Below, in pieces: positions 37,269 to 47,043 of a DNA stretch of 64,000 nt. The notes beneath the pieces are model-generated. The model worked only from the letters and a program-made list of their open reading frames with translations. It ran no database searches and was not told the origin of the DNA. Source of the stretch: Spirochaetota bacterium. GTDB taxonomy: Bacteria > Spirochaetota > UBA4802 > JAFGDQ01. A program made the position numbers and the translations under genes. The stretch is from NCBI GenBank assembly GCA_043803405.1, contig JAZDKB010000036.1, positions 76,963 through 140,962 on the forward strand, in the 5' to 3' direction. Position 1 is the stretch's first letter. Each line of letters starts with the position of its first letter.

Positions 37269-38129
37269 TTATTTGGAATAATTATACCAGCCTTTGCCGG
37301 TCTTTTTGCCGAGCTTTCCGGATGTTACCATGTGTTTAAGGGATAGAGGCAGATTCCATTTTAATTCTTTGGGTAATTCTTCGAAAAAATATTTAATAAC
37401 GTGATAATTGATATCAAGTCCCGTGAAATCCATAAGTTCAAACGGTCCCATAGGATAGTTAAGGCCGAGTTTTGCCGCTTTGTCTATATCCTCAATAGAT
37501 GCTATGCCTGTTTCGTAAAGTTTTAATGCTTCTACCGTAACTGCGAGCATAAGCCTGTTTACAAGGAAGCCGGGCATATCGACTTTAACTTCTACTGCTT
37601 CTTTCCCCATTTTCTTTGTAAGTTCAAGAGTTGTCTTGATTGTTTCATCGCTTGAACTCATGCCTCTTATAACTTCAACTAATTTCATAAGTGGAACAGG
37701 ATTAAAGAAGTGCATACCTACTACTTTATCAGGTTTTTTTGTTGCTGTTGCAATTTCCGTAATGGACATTGAAGAAGTATTCGAAGCAAGGATGACTTCC
37801 GGTCTTGTGATCTGATCGAGTTCAGCAAAAACTTTTTTCTTAACATCCATGATCTCCAGAACAACTTCGATTACAAAGTCGACGTTCTTAAGATCTTCCA
37901 TCTTTGTGGTGCCTCTGATTCTTCCCATGACCGCTTTCTTGTCATCAGCACTCATTTTACCTTTTTCTACTGATTTAGAAAGCATTTTGTCGATATTCTT
38001 CATCCCGTTATCTACAAATCTGTCTTCAATATCTCTCATGACGACATTGTAGCCGGCCTGCGCTGCAACCTGGGCTATTCCATTCCCCATAGAACCAGCG
38101 CCAACAACTCCGATTGTTTTGATCTCCAT
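37269..38129 (-). CDS. hbd: 3-hydroxybutyryl-CoA dehydrogenase
   Basis: GAGSMGNGIA, SNTSS, GMHFFNPVP, PGFLVNR and YPMGPF. Confidence 0.92.
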   Translation of the reverse strand: MEIKTIGVVGAGSMGNGIAQVAAQAGYNVVMRDIEDRFVDNGMKNIDKMLSKSVEKGKMSADDKKAVMGRIRGTTKMEDLKNVDFVIEVVLEIMDVKKKVFAELDQITRPEVILASNTSSMSITEIATATKKPDKVVGMHFFNPVPLMKLVEVIRGMSSSDETIKTTLELTKKMGKEAVEVKVDMPGFLVNRLMLAVTVEALKLYETGIASIEDIDKAAKLGLNYPMGPFELMDFTGLDINYHVIKYFFEELPKELKWNLPLSLKHMVTSGKLGKKTGKGWYNYSK

Positions 38130-38822
38130 AATAATTCCTCCAGAATTTATGTATTTATTTGTTATTTAGATGATATTTAATTTATATATTAAAAATAAAA
38201 CATATAAAAATTAAATATTCTGAATTTATTGTTTATAACGTTAAATACATAACATGGAAAGTCAACAAAAAATTCCGAGGCTGCCACCTGGCGAACTCAG
38301 CATTATTGCAATTTTCCAGTTTGGCCCATCAGCAGTATTTTCACAGATTCGATCCGGCTTAAATGCAGCAGTCAGTCTTTTTTCACGTATCTTCTATAGT
38401 AAAAAATCCTTAAACATTTTCATGGTTTTGCAGATGTTTTTACTTTTGCGAGCCCGCACAATCTAAATTCAGTTTTATATCTCCTGTAAAAAAAACCGGA
38501 ATCGCTTTTAAAAATTTAAACTTCTTATGGGGATTATCCTTGGTTAAAATAATACTCCTTTATTTTTGTGCTATAGAAATGGTTGATAAATCTCATTAGA
38601 TAATATCTATTTGAATTGAACAGCTATCGATTGATCGGTAGAATTAATGATGAAAAAAGTCAATCATAATTTTAAATTTTTCTATATTTTTTCGGGTTTC
38701 AGCGTAAATCAGGGATTAAAAGATTAAAAAATATATCTGATAAAACATAGAGATTAAAATGTGTTCAAATCCGTCAAGTTCACCAGGAAATTGCTTTTTA
38801 TATTTAAAAACAGGCAAAAAAA

Positions 38823-39386
38823 TTATCTTTCTTTATTTTTAGTGAAAAATTGGGAAATCTTTAATATACGAAATAAAAAGACTGTACATAATCCTAAAAT
38901 AATACCGACTGCCGCACCTGCAAAGATATCCGAAGGGTAATGCTTAACAAGAATAATCCTTGATGCTGATATCAATAAGGAATTTAACAAAAGCAAATAC
39001 CAGTGCCTTTTAATGTATAAAAAATATACAATAAAAAAAGCAAAAATATTAGACGCATGATTTGACGGCATTGAATAATCTTTATCGGTTAATTGCTTTT
39101 CCTGATTTTGAAGTTTCATGTTTGTGCCGATGTTCAGTTCTATTGAGGGTCTTGGACGGCCGATTAATGGCTTGAGCACCCTGTAGCATATTATATCTGA
39201 AGCAGCAACAGACATAAGGGCGGCAAATAAAAAAATAAAAGCTACGTGTTTTACTTTTACGAATGCATAAGTGATAAATACAGCACATGTAATAAAAATA
39301 TATATTCTGCTGCTTATGATTTGTGAAGCATCAAAAAGCAGGGTATCCTTAAAAGTCAAAAAAAATTTCGCTATTTCCTGTTCCAA
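38823..39386 (-). CDS. PAP2-family phosphatase
   Basis: KPLIGRPRP, SMPSNHA and SRIILVKHYPSD. Confidence 0.88.
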   Translation of the reverse strand: MEQEIAKFFLTFKDTLLFDASQIISSRIYIFITCAVFITYAFVKVKHVAFIFLFAALMSVAASDIICYRVLKPLIGRPRPSIELNIGTNMKLQNQEKQLTDKDYSMPSNHASNIFAFFIVYFLYIKRHWYLLLLNSLLISASRIILVKHYPSDIFAGAAVGIILGLCTVFLFRILKISQFFTKNKER

Positions 39387-39525
39387 TATAAATTATCTCA
39401 TTGTTTAATAAATAATGCTTAAACTATTTTCGGCGGAAATACAATAATATTTATTTTCTAACGAAAGTCAAATAAATTAAAGTTCTTCTATTCGCTTTAA
39501 AAATAAGCAGTAAATCAAAAAGCAA

Positions 39526-39554
39526 TTGACGTTGAAGTTAGATTTATCTAAATT
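39526..39554 (+). promoter_or_regulatory. Sigma70 promoter overlapped by a DtxR/SirR-type palindromic operator TTAGATTTATCTAA (39538-39551)
   Basis: TTGACG-N17-TAAATT; 6-2-6 palindrome TTAGAT-TT-ATCTAA directly upstream of a DtxR-family gene. Confidence 0.7.
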
Positions 39555-39611
39555 TATTATAAAAGAATAATTTTATTAAATAAGCTTATTATAACTAGAG
39601 GACCTGAAAAA

Positions 39612-40316
39612 ATGGGAACAGTTGAAAAACTAATTGATCGTACATTTGAAGACACGAGTCTCACTTCTCATATGCAGGATTACCTTGAAACTATAGAAAT
39701 TCTTTCTAGAACTCAAAAGGTAGTCCGCGTAAAGGATATTGCCAAAAATCTGAACATTAAAATGCCGAGTGTTACTGCTGCCCTCCATAAACTTGAAGAA
39801 ATGGGTCTAATAAACTATGAAAGATACGGCTATGTTGATTTAACCGGAAAAGGCAAAAAAATTGCCGAGAACGTTTATGACAGGCATACGTTTCTATCTG
39901 AATTTTTTAATAAAATTTTAAAGATCGAAAGAAAAAGAGCGGATGATGTTGCCTGCCGTGTAGAACATCAGCTCACATCCGAAGCGTGCAAACAGATTTT
40001 TAAATTAATAGAATTCTTTAAATCGGAAAAAAATAATAATGAGAACTGGACAGAGAGACTTAGAAATGTTCTTGAAGAAAGAGCGCTTTCCGAGCTCCGC
40101 CAGGGAGATGAATCAATAATTTTACGTATTGCCGGATCCAGTCCTTTTAAAAAAAGGCTTGGAGAGATGGGATTCAGAAAAGGCGAACTTATTAAAGTAA
40201 TTAAATACGCTCCTTTAAAGGATCCTCTTGAAATTAAAATAAAGGATTATAATATTTCTTTAAGAGTTGATGAAGCAAAAGATATAATTGTTAAACCGGT
40301 AATAGACCAGGAGTAA
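39612..40316 (+). CDS. DtxR/MntR-family metal-dependent repressor with C-terminal FeoA domain
   Basis: MQDYLETI...VRVKDIA..L...PSV, RH, ACRVEH; C-terminal 'KRLGEMG...APLKDPLEI...ISLR' FeoA. Confidence 0.92.
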   Translation: MGTVEKLIDRTFEDTSLTSHMQDYLETIEILSRTQKVVRVKDIAKNLNIKMPSVTAALHKLEEMGLINYERYGYVDLTGKGKKIAENVYDRHTFLSEFFNKILKIERKRADDVACRVEHQLTSEACKQIFKLIEFFKSEKNNNENWTERLRNVLEERALSELRQGDESIILRIAGSSPFKKRLGEMGFRKGELIKVIKYAPLKDPLEIKIKDYNISLRVDEAKDIIVKPVIDQE

Positions 40317-40320
40317 ATAA

Positions 40321-42654
40321 ATGCATAAGAAGAAAATTGTGGTTGGCCTGGCAGGGAATCCGAATAGCGGGAAAACAAGCATTTTTAATTCATTGACCGG
40401 AGCAAGGCACAAAGTAGCAAACTGGAGCGGAGTAACTGTTGAAAAAAGGGAGGGCACCTGCATTCATAAAGGATATGTGTTAAAAATTGTAGATCTTCCC
40501 GGCACATACAGTCTTAGCTCATACAGCATTGAAGAAATAGTAGCGCGCGATTTTATTATAGGAAGTCATTACGGAATTTCCTGCCATATAGATATTCACG
40601 GCAGACATCGCCATAGAAGGCCCAGAAACAACAGGAATATTTCTGACCAGAATGATGATCTTAATACAGAAAAGATGAGTGATCCGAATACCCGCCCGGA
40701 TGTAATAATTAATGTTGTAGATGCCGGTAATCTGGACAGGAATCTTTACCTGACCACACAGCTTATTGACATGAGGGCAAAAGTTGTAATGGCTTTAAAC
40801 ATGTTCGATGAGGCCGAATCGAAGGGAGTGATAATAAATTCCGAAACGCTGGGACAGCTTCTTGGCATGAATGTGGTAAAGACAATAGCCAGCAGGGACA
40901 AAGGAATATATGAGTTAAAAGATGCTGTTTTGAATGTCGCGCTGGAGCAAAGCGAAATGGCACGGCATATTCATATTAATTACGGCGAAGACATTGAAAG
41001 AGAAATTAAAAAAATCCAGGAAATTATCAGGTCCGACAAGGGAATGGCTCAAAAATATTCCACGCGCTGGCTTGCTCTTCAGCTGATTGAAGGAGATGAG
41101 GATGCAGGACAAAAAATAAATATTTTTAATAATTCCGGAGACATATTATCCCAGTCCGAAAAAAGCAGGCGCATGATAGAAAATAAATATAATGATAATA
41201 TTGAGACCCTTATTACGGATATGCGCTATGGTTTTATAGCAGGAGCCATCAAAGAAGCAGTAAAAAAGACCGCTCCCAGGAGAAGGGATTTTACCGAAAA
41301 GATCGATAAAATTATCACACATCAGTATCTGGCTTTTCCAATTCTTATTTTTTTTCTATGGATGCTTTTTGAGCTCACTTTTACTCTTGGCCAGTATCCG
41401 ATGAATCTTATTGAAAAAGGCGTGACTTTATTAAGCGCTTTATTCAGCAACCTGCTGCCAGATAGCCCGTTTAAAAATCTTATTGTAGACGGAATCCTGG
41501 GCGGAATAGGCGGCGTTATTGTATTTCTTCCTAATATTCTTATCCTGTTCATGGGCATAAGTTTTATGGAGGATACGGGTTACATGGCAAGGGCGGCCTT
41601 TATTATGGACAAGATTATGCATAAGATAGGGCTCCACGGCAAATCATTCATTTCCCTTGTGATGGGATTCGGATGCAATGTGCCTGCGATAATGGCTACG
41701 AGATCATTGGAAAACACAAGGGACAGAATACTTACTATACTTATTAATCCGTTCATGAGCTGTTCAGCAAGGCTCCCTGTTTATATTTTATTCGCAGGAA
41801 CATTCTTCGGTGCACACGCCGGCGCAGTGGTTGCTTCTTTATATGCCGTAGGAATTATATTAGCCTTTATTTCAGCTAAATTATTCACAATGATTTTTTT
41901 CAGGGGCCAATCCACTCCGTTTGTAATGGAACTGCCTCCATACAGGCTTCCGAGTTTAAAAACGACACTGCTGCACATGTGGGACAGGGGATCATTATAT
42001 TTGAAAAAGGTGGCCGGAGCAATCCTGATTTTTTCAATAATAATCTGGGTATTAAGCGCTTATCCGAAATCAACTGAAATAGGAAACAGGTATTCGAATT
42101 TAATAAATCAATCAAATAAGACTTATGAGTCTGACAGTATAAAGATAATTAAAAAATACGGCAGGAATTCGGAAGAGCTTAAAATTCTTACCATGAACTA
42201 TAATAACAATCTGGAAAAACTGCATATTGAAAAAAAATCCGAAGAGATGAGATATACCTTTATAGGCAGATTCGGCAGTGCTGTGTTCCCTTTAATTAAG
42301 CCGCTGGGATTTAACTGGCAGATGGGCATTTCTCTTACAACGGGATTCGCAGCAAAGGAAATCGTAGTAAGCACCATGAGCGTTCTTTACCATACTTCGG
42401 ATGAAGGGGAGAATAAAAGCTCCAAGAAAACACTTCGCGAAGTATTAAAAAATAAAGAATACGGGATAACCCCTTTAATCGCCTACACATTTCTGCTATT
42501 TGTGCTTTTGTACGTTCCGTGTATCGGCACTGTGACGGTTATAGGCAGAGAGGCTGGCTGGCAATGGGCATTGTTTTCGGTTGCGTATCAAATAACGATT
42601 GCATGGATTGTATGTTTTATTTTTTATAATACAGGATTACTGCTGGGGTTTTAA
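40321..42654 (+). CDS. feoB: Ferrous iron transporter FeoB
   Basis: GNPNSGKT, NWSGVTVE, DLPGTYSL, NMFD, GFGCNVP, MSCSARLP and YVPC. Confidence 0.95.
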   Translation: MHKKKIVVGLAGNPNSGKTSIFNSLTGARHKVANWSGVTVEKREGTCIHKGYVLKIVDLPGTYSLSSYSIEEIVARDFIIGSHYGISCHIDIHGRHRHRRPRNNRNISDQNDDLNTEKMSDPNTRPDVIINVVDAGNLDRNLYLTTQLIDMRAKVVMALNMFDEAESKGVIINSETLGQLLGMNVVKTIASRDKGIYELKDAVLNVALEQSEMARHIHINYGEDIEREIKKIQEIIRSDKGMAQKYSTRWLALQLIEGDEDAGQKINIFNNSGDILSQSEKSRRMIENKYNDNIETLITDMRYGFIAGAIKEAVKKTAPRRRDFTEKIDKIITHQYLAFPILIFFLWMLFELTFTLGQYPMNLIEKGVTLLSALFSNLLPDSPFKNLIVDGILGGIGGVIVFLPNILILFMGISFMEDTGYMARAAFIMDKIMHKIGLHGKSFISLVMGFGCNVPAIMATRSLENTRDRILTILINPFMSCSARLPVYILFAGTFFGAHAGAVVASLYAVGIILAFISAKLFTMIFFRGQSTPFVMELPPYRLPSLKTTLLHMWDRGSLYLKKVAGAILIFSIIIWVLSAYPKSTEIGNRYSNLINQSNKTYESDSIKIIKKYGRNSEELKILTMNYNNNLEKLHIEKKSEEMRYTFIGRFGSAVFPLIKPLGFNWQMGISLTTGFAAKEIVVSTMSVLYHTSDEGENKSSKKTLREVLKNKEYGITPLIAYTFLLFVLLYVPCIGTVTVIGREAGWQWALFSVAYQITIAWIVCFIFYNTGLLLGF

Positions 42655-42658
42655 AGAT

Positions 42659-43009
42659 ATGGTAATGAATAAAGAAAAATTATTGTCGCTTATTCTGGAT
42701 AGCTGGAATAAACCCCTTGTCTTTGTCGATGCTGATCATATTATTCGATATATGAATGAACCCGCTAAAAAGCATTATGCTGTCTGGGGTGACTGTACTG
42801 GGAAAAGCATATTCGCTTGCCATAATGAAAATTCATGTGCTATAATAGATAATGCCTATAAACAACTGGCAAACGGAGCAGAGGAAGTTTTATTTTCCGG
42901 GTCTGAAAAACAGCGCGTGTACGTTCGGGGCGTCAGGGATGAAAACGGGAAATTAATCGGATATTATGAAAGATATGAACCTGTGTGCATAAACCAGGAG
43001 CCGGAATAA
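42659..43009 (+). CDS. Small PAS-domain protein
   Basis: 'ILDS...VFVDADHIIRYMN...GKSIFACH...VRDENGKLIGYYE'. Confidence 0.75.
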   Translation: MVMNKEKLLSLILDSWNKPLVFVDADHIIRYMNEPAKKHYAVWGDCTGKSIFACHNENSCAIIDNAYKQLANGAEEVLFSGSEKQRVYVRGVRDENGKLIGYYERYEPVCINQEPE

Positions 43010-43152
43010 TTTTATATTATTTTCGCCGGAATTCAAACTTTACGGCTTGTTTTATTCTATTAAATTTTACTTGACTCCAATAGAATATACATTGTATTAT
43101 TTTATTATAAATGATCATTAACATTCACTTAACAAAAAAATAAAATTAACCA

Positions 43153-43929
43153 ATGCCTATATCTGTTTCAATTATCTGCTTTAACGAAGAAAAAAAAATC
43201 CGCCGTTGCCTTGAGAGCGTAAAATGGGCGGATGAAATCCTTATACTGGATTCGTTCTCGACCGACAAAACGCTCGATATTTGCAGGGAATATACCGATA
43301 AAATTCATCAGCATGAATTTGACGGGCATATCCAGCAGAAAAACAGGGCGATCAGCCTTTGCAAATACGACTGGGTGTTCTGCATTGATGCAGACGAGGT
43401 TGTAAGTGAAGAGTTAAAGGAATCGATCAAGAATTTAAACACCTGGGCCTCAGAGAGCATGGGGTTTTCTTTCCCCCGTAAAGTATTTTATCTGGGTAAG
43501 TGGATAAAACACGGCGGATGGTACCCGGATTACAAAGTAAGGTACTTCCACAAGAAGTTCGGGAAGTGGGGCGGCATAAATCCGCACGATAAAGTAATAC
43601 TTATCGGCACATCCATGAAGCTGAGAGGCGACCTGCTTCATTATCCGTACGACAGCATAAAAGCGCATCTTGATCAGGTAAATAAATTTACCGATATTAT
43701 GGCAGTGGAATATGCAAAGATTGGAGAAAAACCGTCTCTGATAAATTTTACATTAAGGCCGCTTTTCAAATTTATTAAAATGTATTTCTTAAAGCGGGGT
43801 TTCCTGGACGGGAAAAGGGGCTTTATTATTGCAGTAATCGCATCTTTTTATGTGTTTATGAAGTTCGCCAAATTATTTGAGAATAAGATTGAAGAAGAGG
43901 CAAAGGATTCTGAAAAGGGGCTAAGCTAA
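43153..43929 (+). CDS. Glycosyltransferase family 2 (WaaE/KdtX-like)
   Basis: NEE..I.RCLESV.WADEI..LDS.STD, IDADE, GGWYPD and GFLDG. Confidence 0.9.
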   Translation: MPISVSIICFNEEKKIRRCLESVKWADEILILDSFSTDKTLDICREYTDKIHQHEFDGHIQQKNRAISLCKYDWVFCIDADEVVSEELKESIKNLNTWASESMGFSFPRKVFYLGKWIKHGGWYPDYKVRYFHKKFGKWGGINPHDKVILIGTSMKLRGDLLHYPYDSIKAHLDQVNKFTDIMAVEYAKIGEKPSLINFTLRPLFKFIKMYFLKRGFLDGKRGFIIAVIASFYVFMKFAKLFENKIEEEAKDSEKGLS

Positions 43930-44039
43930 AAACGGTAGCCGTGTGAATTTCCTGATCGATTGCTGATATAAGGCGCTCATTTCGACATAATTTTGCCGCC
44001 TGCGGCGTCAAGATCAGTCAATGAGCGTAGTGAATCATT

Positions 44040-44708
44040 TTAAAACTCGTCGTTTATTCTGAACAGAAAGCATACATCAATAAAACCTTCGTACTGTTTC
44101 CCCACCACATCATCCCATGATTTATCCCGTATTTCAGCTTCTCCTCCATGAGAGCTGTACCTGAACCCGGCATCAAAGCATAAAGACAATCTATTATCAT
44201 AATTATAATTGATGCCTGCTATTGCTCCTATTGAGAAAAATACCGTCCAGAAACTGTTGTATTCATATACGCCGGAAGTTTGCATATCATATTCAGCTTC
44301 CATCATTCCGAATCCTATTTGAGGGCCGGCCCAAACCCGTATATCCTCGCTTCTGTAAACGCCAAAGCCAAAACTGTTATAACAATGGAACTCGGTGCCT
44401 TTAAGATCGGGAACGCCTGAATCATTATACAATTTTATATATGCGCCGCCAAGATTCAACCTGTAATTGAAAAGCCTGTCGTATGCCAGAGCCGTATCCA
44501 GTATGAATCCGCCCCCTGCTTTGTATCCGTTGGATTTATGGCTTATTTCCTCATCGGTATAAGAATAGTCGTAATTCTGATACGTCCAGTTATAATGACT
44601 GACTGAGCCTGTCAGGTATACTCCAAGCCCGATCGCTTTTACCGGAGACGATAATAACATAATGCTTGCCGCCGCAACGCCTGCGATAATAACCACTCTG
44701 CTTTTCAT
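44040..44708 (-). CDS. Outer-membrane beta-barrel-like exported protein
   Basis: Signal peptide from ATG 44708 (AAGGAG RBS); alternating aromatic strands; C-terminal F. Confidence 0.65.
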   Translation of the reverse strand: MKSRVVIIAGVAAASIMLLSSPVKAIGLGVYLTGSVSHYNWTYQNYDYSYTDEEISHKSNGYKAGGGFILDTALAYDRLFNYRLNLGGAYIKLYNDSGVPDLKGTEFHCYNSFGFGVYRSEDIRVWAGPQIGFGMMEAEYDMQTSGVYEYNSFWTVFFSIGAIAGINYNYDNRLSLCFDAGFRYSSHGGEAEIRDKSWDDVVGKQYEGFIDVCFLFRINDEF

Positions 44709-44735
44709 GATATACTCCTTATGTTTTTTATGCAG

Positions 44736-44770
44736 ATAAGCATACTTAACAGGCGAATTGTCACAAAAAA
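44736..44770 (-). promoter_or_regulatory. ECF-like bipartite promoter, copy 1 (TGTGAC-N18-GCTTAT)
   Basis: Minus strand ttttttgtgacaattcgcctgttaagtatgcttat, 28 bp upstream of the ATG. Confidence 0.7.
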
Positions 44771-44787
44771 ATAACAAAATATATGAT

Positions 44788-45159
44788 TTATTCCTTCACT
44801 TTATAGGACTTAATATCAATAGTGCCCGACCACTGGTTCGTGTATGTTATCTTGCCGTCAGCTTCTATTATTTTATTATTTAAACTCTTCATCTCGTTTT
44901 CCATGTCTCCGATAACCTTTAATGTTTTTCTTGATCTGGATGTCCAGTTGACAACAAAATATACTGCATCATTTTGAACTTCTATTTTACCTGTGTTTTC
45001 CGCAGCTTTTATTTTGCTTTTGTCTTTTATTGAAATATTTGAGACGCTGACTTTTTCTGTATTATTACTATCCGGATTCTTTTTTACTCCATTCCCTGAG
45101 CATTGCGAAATAAAGAGCAAACTGATAAAAGCGATAAAATATTTTTTAATTATTTTCAT
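44788..45159 (-). CDS. Hypothetical lipoprotein
   Basis: MKIIKKYFIAFISLLFISQC lipoprotein-type signal; start at 45159. Confidence 0.65.
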   Translation of the reverse strand: MKIIKKYFIAFISLLFISQCSGNGVKKNPDSNNTEKVSVSNISIKDKSKIKAAENTGKIEVQNDAVYFVVNWTSRSRKTLKVIGDMENEMKSLNNKIIEADGKITYTNQWSGTIDIKSYKVKE

Positions 45160-45197
45160 GATTTTTTCTTTTGTACTTAATTTTTTAAATTTGTAAG

Positions 45198-45240
45198 ATA
45201 AAAGCAAATTCCAGATAGTTATTCCGGAATTTGCTTTTAT
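45198..45240 (-). terminator. Stem-loop/terminator after the clostripain gene
   Basis: ataaaagcaaattcc / ggaatttgcttttat, 15-bp perfect stem. Confidence 0.65.
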
Positions 45241-45283
45241 ATGTAAATATCTTTTGATTGTGTTATGTACTGATTTTAATATT

Positions 45284-46765
45284 TTATGGTAATGTCTCTC
45301 TCCATAATCTGTACAATAATCCGGGTCCTACAATGCTGCTTCCGCTATAATGGGCAACCCAATTATTATTTGCATCCTGAACAAAATCGACAGGATATGT
45401 GCTTGAATAACCATTGCAATAGTCATACCACATATTTCCACCATAACCAGAACTGTTTATATAGGTAAAATGTATAGCCAGTCCATGTGAGTTCGGATTG
45501 CCAGTATCAATAGTTCCGCTCGTATTGTGCCACTCTTTAACAATGCATCCTTCAATTGCTGTTTTTAAAGCAGTACAGTGTAACGTTGAGTTTGTGTAAG
45601 TATAAGTATTTTGTATTCTGTCAGCTAAATGCCATAAGTCGATATTATAATCAGAACTATAACCAGCGCAGTAATATTCAACATCATTCCATATGGTATT
45701 GAAAACATTATCTCTAATTGTATCTGTGCTAATGGCATTATATAAACTTTCTGAAAAAGTATTTAAAGCAGAATAGACGTCGCTGACTTTTGATAGGTCG
45801 AGTGCTGATAATGTTGTACCAGAATAAGTGATATAATATAAGCCATACGAATCAACTATTGCATTGCACATATCATCTGCTGTCTTGCCGACTGAGTCTT
45901 TAAATGATGTTAGCCATGCTTCGTAATTCCAGCCGTCACCAGGTATTGTTTCTTCAGAAGCAATCATATAACTGGCATTGTCCTTTAATTCATAAGCTAC
46001 TTCGATCATACCCATTAAACAGGCATCGAAACCGATTATGCTAAGTCCTTTGCCTGCAACCGCGCTTTTAACTTCACTCATATAAAGCGTATCGTCTCCG
46101 TTGGTATCATCCCAGCACACCGCTTTTGCTAATGATGACTTATTTTCTTTAAGAATACTTACCTCAGAGATAGATGACAATGTTTTAAGGCCTGATTTTA
46201 TATTGTTTATTATATTTTTATTTTTCCAGCCGCCACCGTGATTCCAGAGTATTAAAGCATAATTAGTAGCCGGAAAATATGTTTTGCAGTAATCAATATA
46301 TTTAGACAATGTTTGAGGATCACCCATGTTTAACTCGACATCGGATGCTTCCGGTATGCCTAAAGACGTTGATCCCAGCCTTTTTGACACAATTGCTTCA
46401 TTTGCCGATCCGGCAGAGTCGTATGCCACTTCGTATATTCTAGTACCTGTCCAGTCAGGACTGCTTGTATAGTAAGCCGGAGCTCTGTCGAACAACGTAA
46501 TAACATTAATGCTGCTACCAGTCAGGTTTACAGCTTCCATTTCATTTAAATCTGTTAAGGCTGCTTGCTCAAGATTGTTATCTCCATCAAGATATACTAT
46601 TATTGTCCAGTTTTTTGTTGTGGTAACTGATGGATCGGTAATCACTACTCCCCCTCCGCCACCGCTGCTGCTTCCCCCTCCTCCGCATGAAAATGCACAC
46701 ATTGAAAAAGCAATTCCAACTACCAATGTTCTAAAAAACATTTTAAGCCTGGTTTTTTGAAACAT
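45284..46765 (-). CDS. Clostripain-family (C11) cysteine peptidase lipoprotein
   Basis: AFSC-GGGGSSS lipobox and linker; WTIIVYLDGDNNLE, WNHGGGW (His), FDACLM (Cys) and ASEETIP; GGAGG before ATG 46765. Confidence 0.9.
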   Translation of the reverse strand: MFQKTRLKMFFRTLVVGIAFSMCAFSCGGGGSSSGGGGGVVITDPSVTTTKNWTIIVYLDGDNNLEQAALTDLNEMEAVNLTGSSINVITLFDRAPAYYTSSPDWTGTRIYEVAYDSAGSANEAIVSKRLGSTSLGIPEASDVELNMGDPQTLSKYIDYCKTYFPATNYALILWNHGGGWKNKNIINNIKSGLKTLSSISEVSILKENKSSLAKAVCWDDTNGDDTLYMSEVKSAVAGKGLSIIGFDACLMGMIEVAYELKDNASYMIASEETIPGDGWNYEAWLTSFKDSVGKTADDMCNAIVDSYGLYYITYSGTTLSALDLSKVSDVYSALNTFSESLYNAISTDTIRDNVFNTIWNDVEYYCAGYSSDYNIDLWHLADRIQNTYTYTNSTLHCTALKTAIEGCIVKEWHNTSGTIDTGNPNSHGLAIHFTYINSSGYGGNMWYDYCNGYSSTYPVDFVQDANNNWVAHYSGSSIVGPGLLYRLWRETLP

Positions 46766-46807
46766 AGTTTTAAACCTCCGTTTTAAATTTATATCAAGTA
46801 TCTGCAT

Positions 46808-46842
46808 ATAAGTATCCTTTGCAGGCGAATCGTCACAAAAAA
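46808..46842 (-). promoter_or_regulatory. ECF-like bipartite promoter, copy 2 (TGTGAC-N18-ACTTAT)
   Basis: Minus strand ttttttgtgacgattcgcctgcaaaggatacttat. Confidence 0.7.
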
Positions 46843-47043
46843 ATTAATACTATTGCAGTATTTTTTTAATGAAAACGCCATATTATAAACATAAACATTG
46901 GATTTTCATTTTTTATAGGATATGGAAATAATAAAAAATTCGTCAATAATATTTTATTATTATATTTTATGAATTATTGACGATTTATTTTTATTAAAAT
47001 TAAAATAATTTAATTCGGTGAAAATAAAAACGGAGGATTTATT

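Noticed and set aside
38254..38466. 70-aa ORF or structured RNA in the hbd-PAP2 gap
   Set aside because: No RBS, no recognisable domain, and no convincing conserved structure visible by eye
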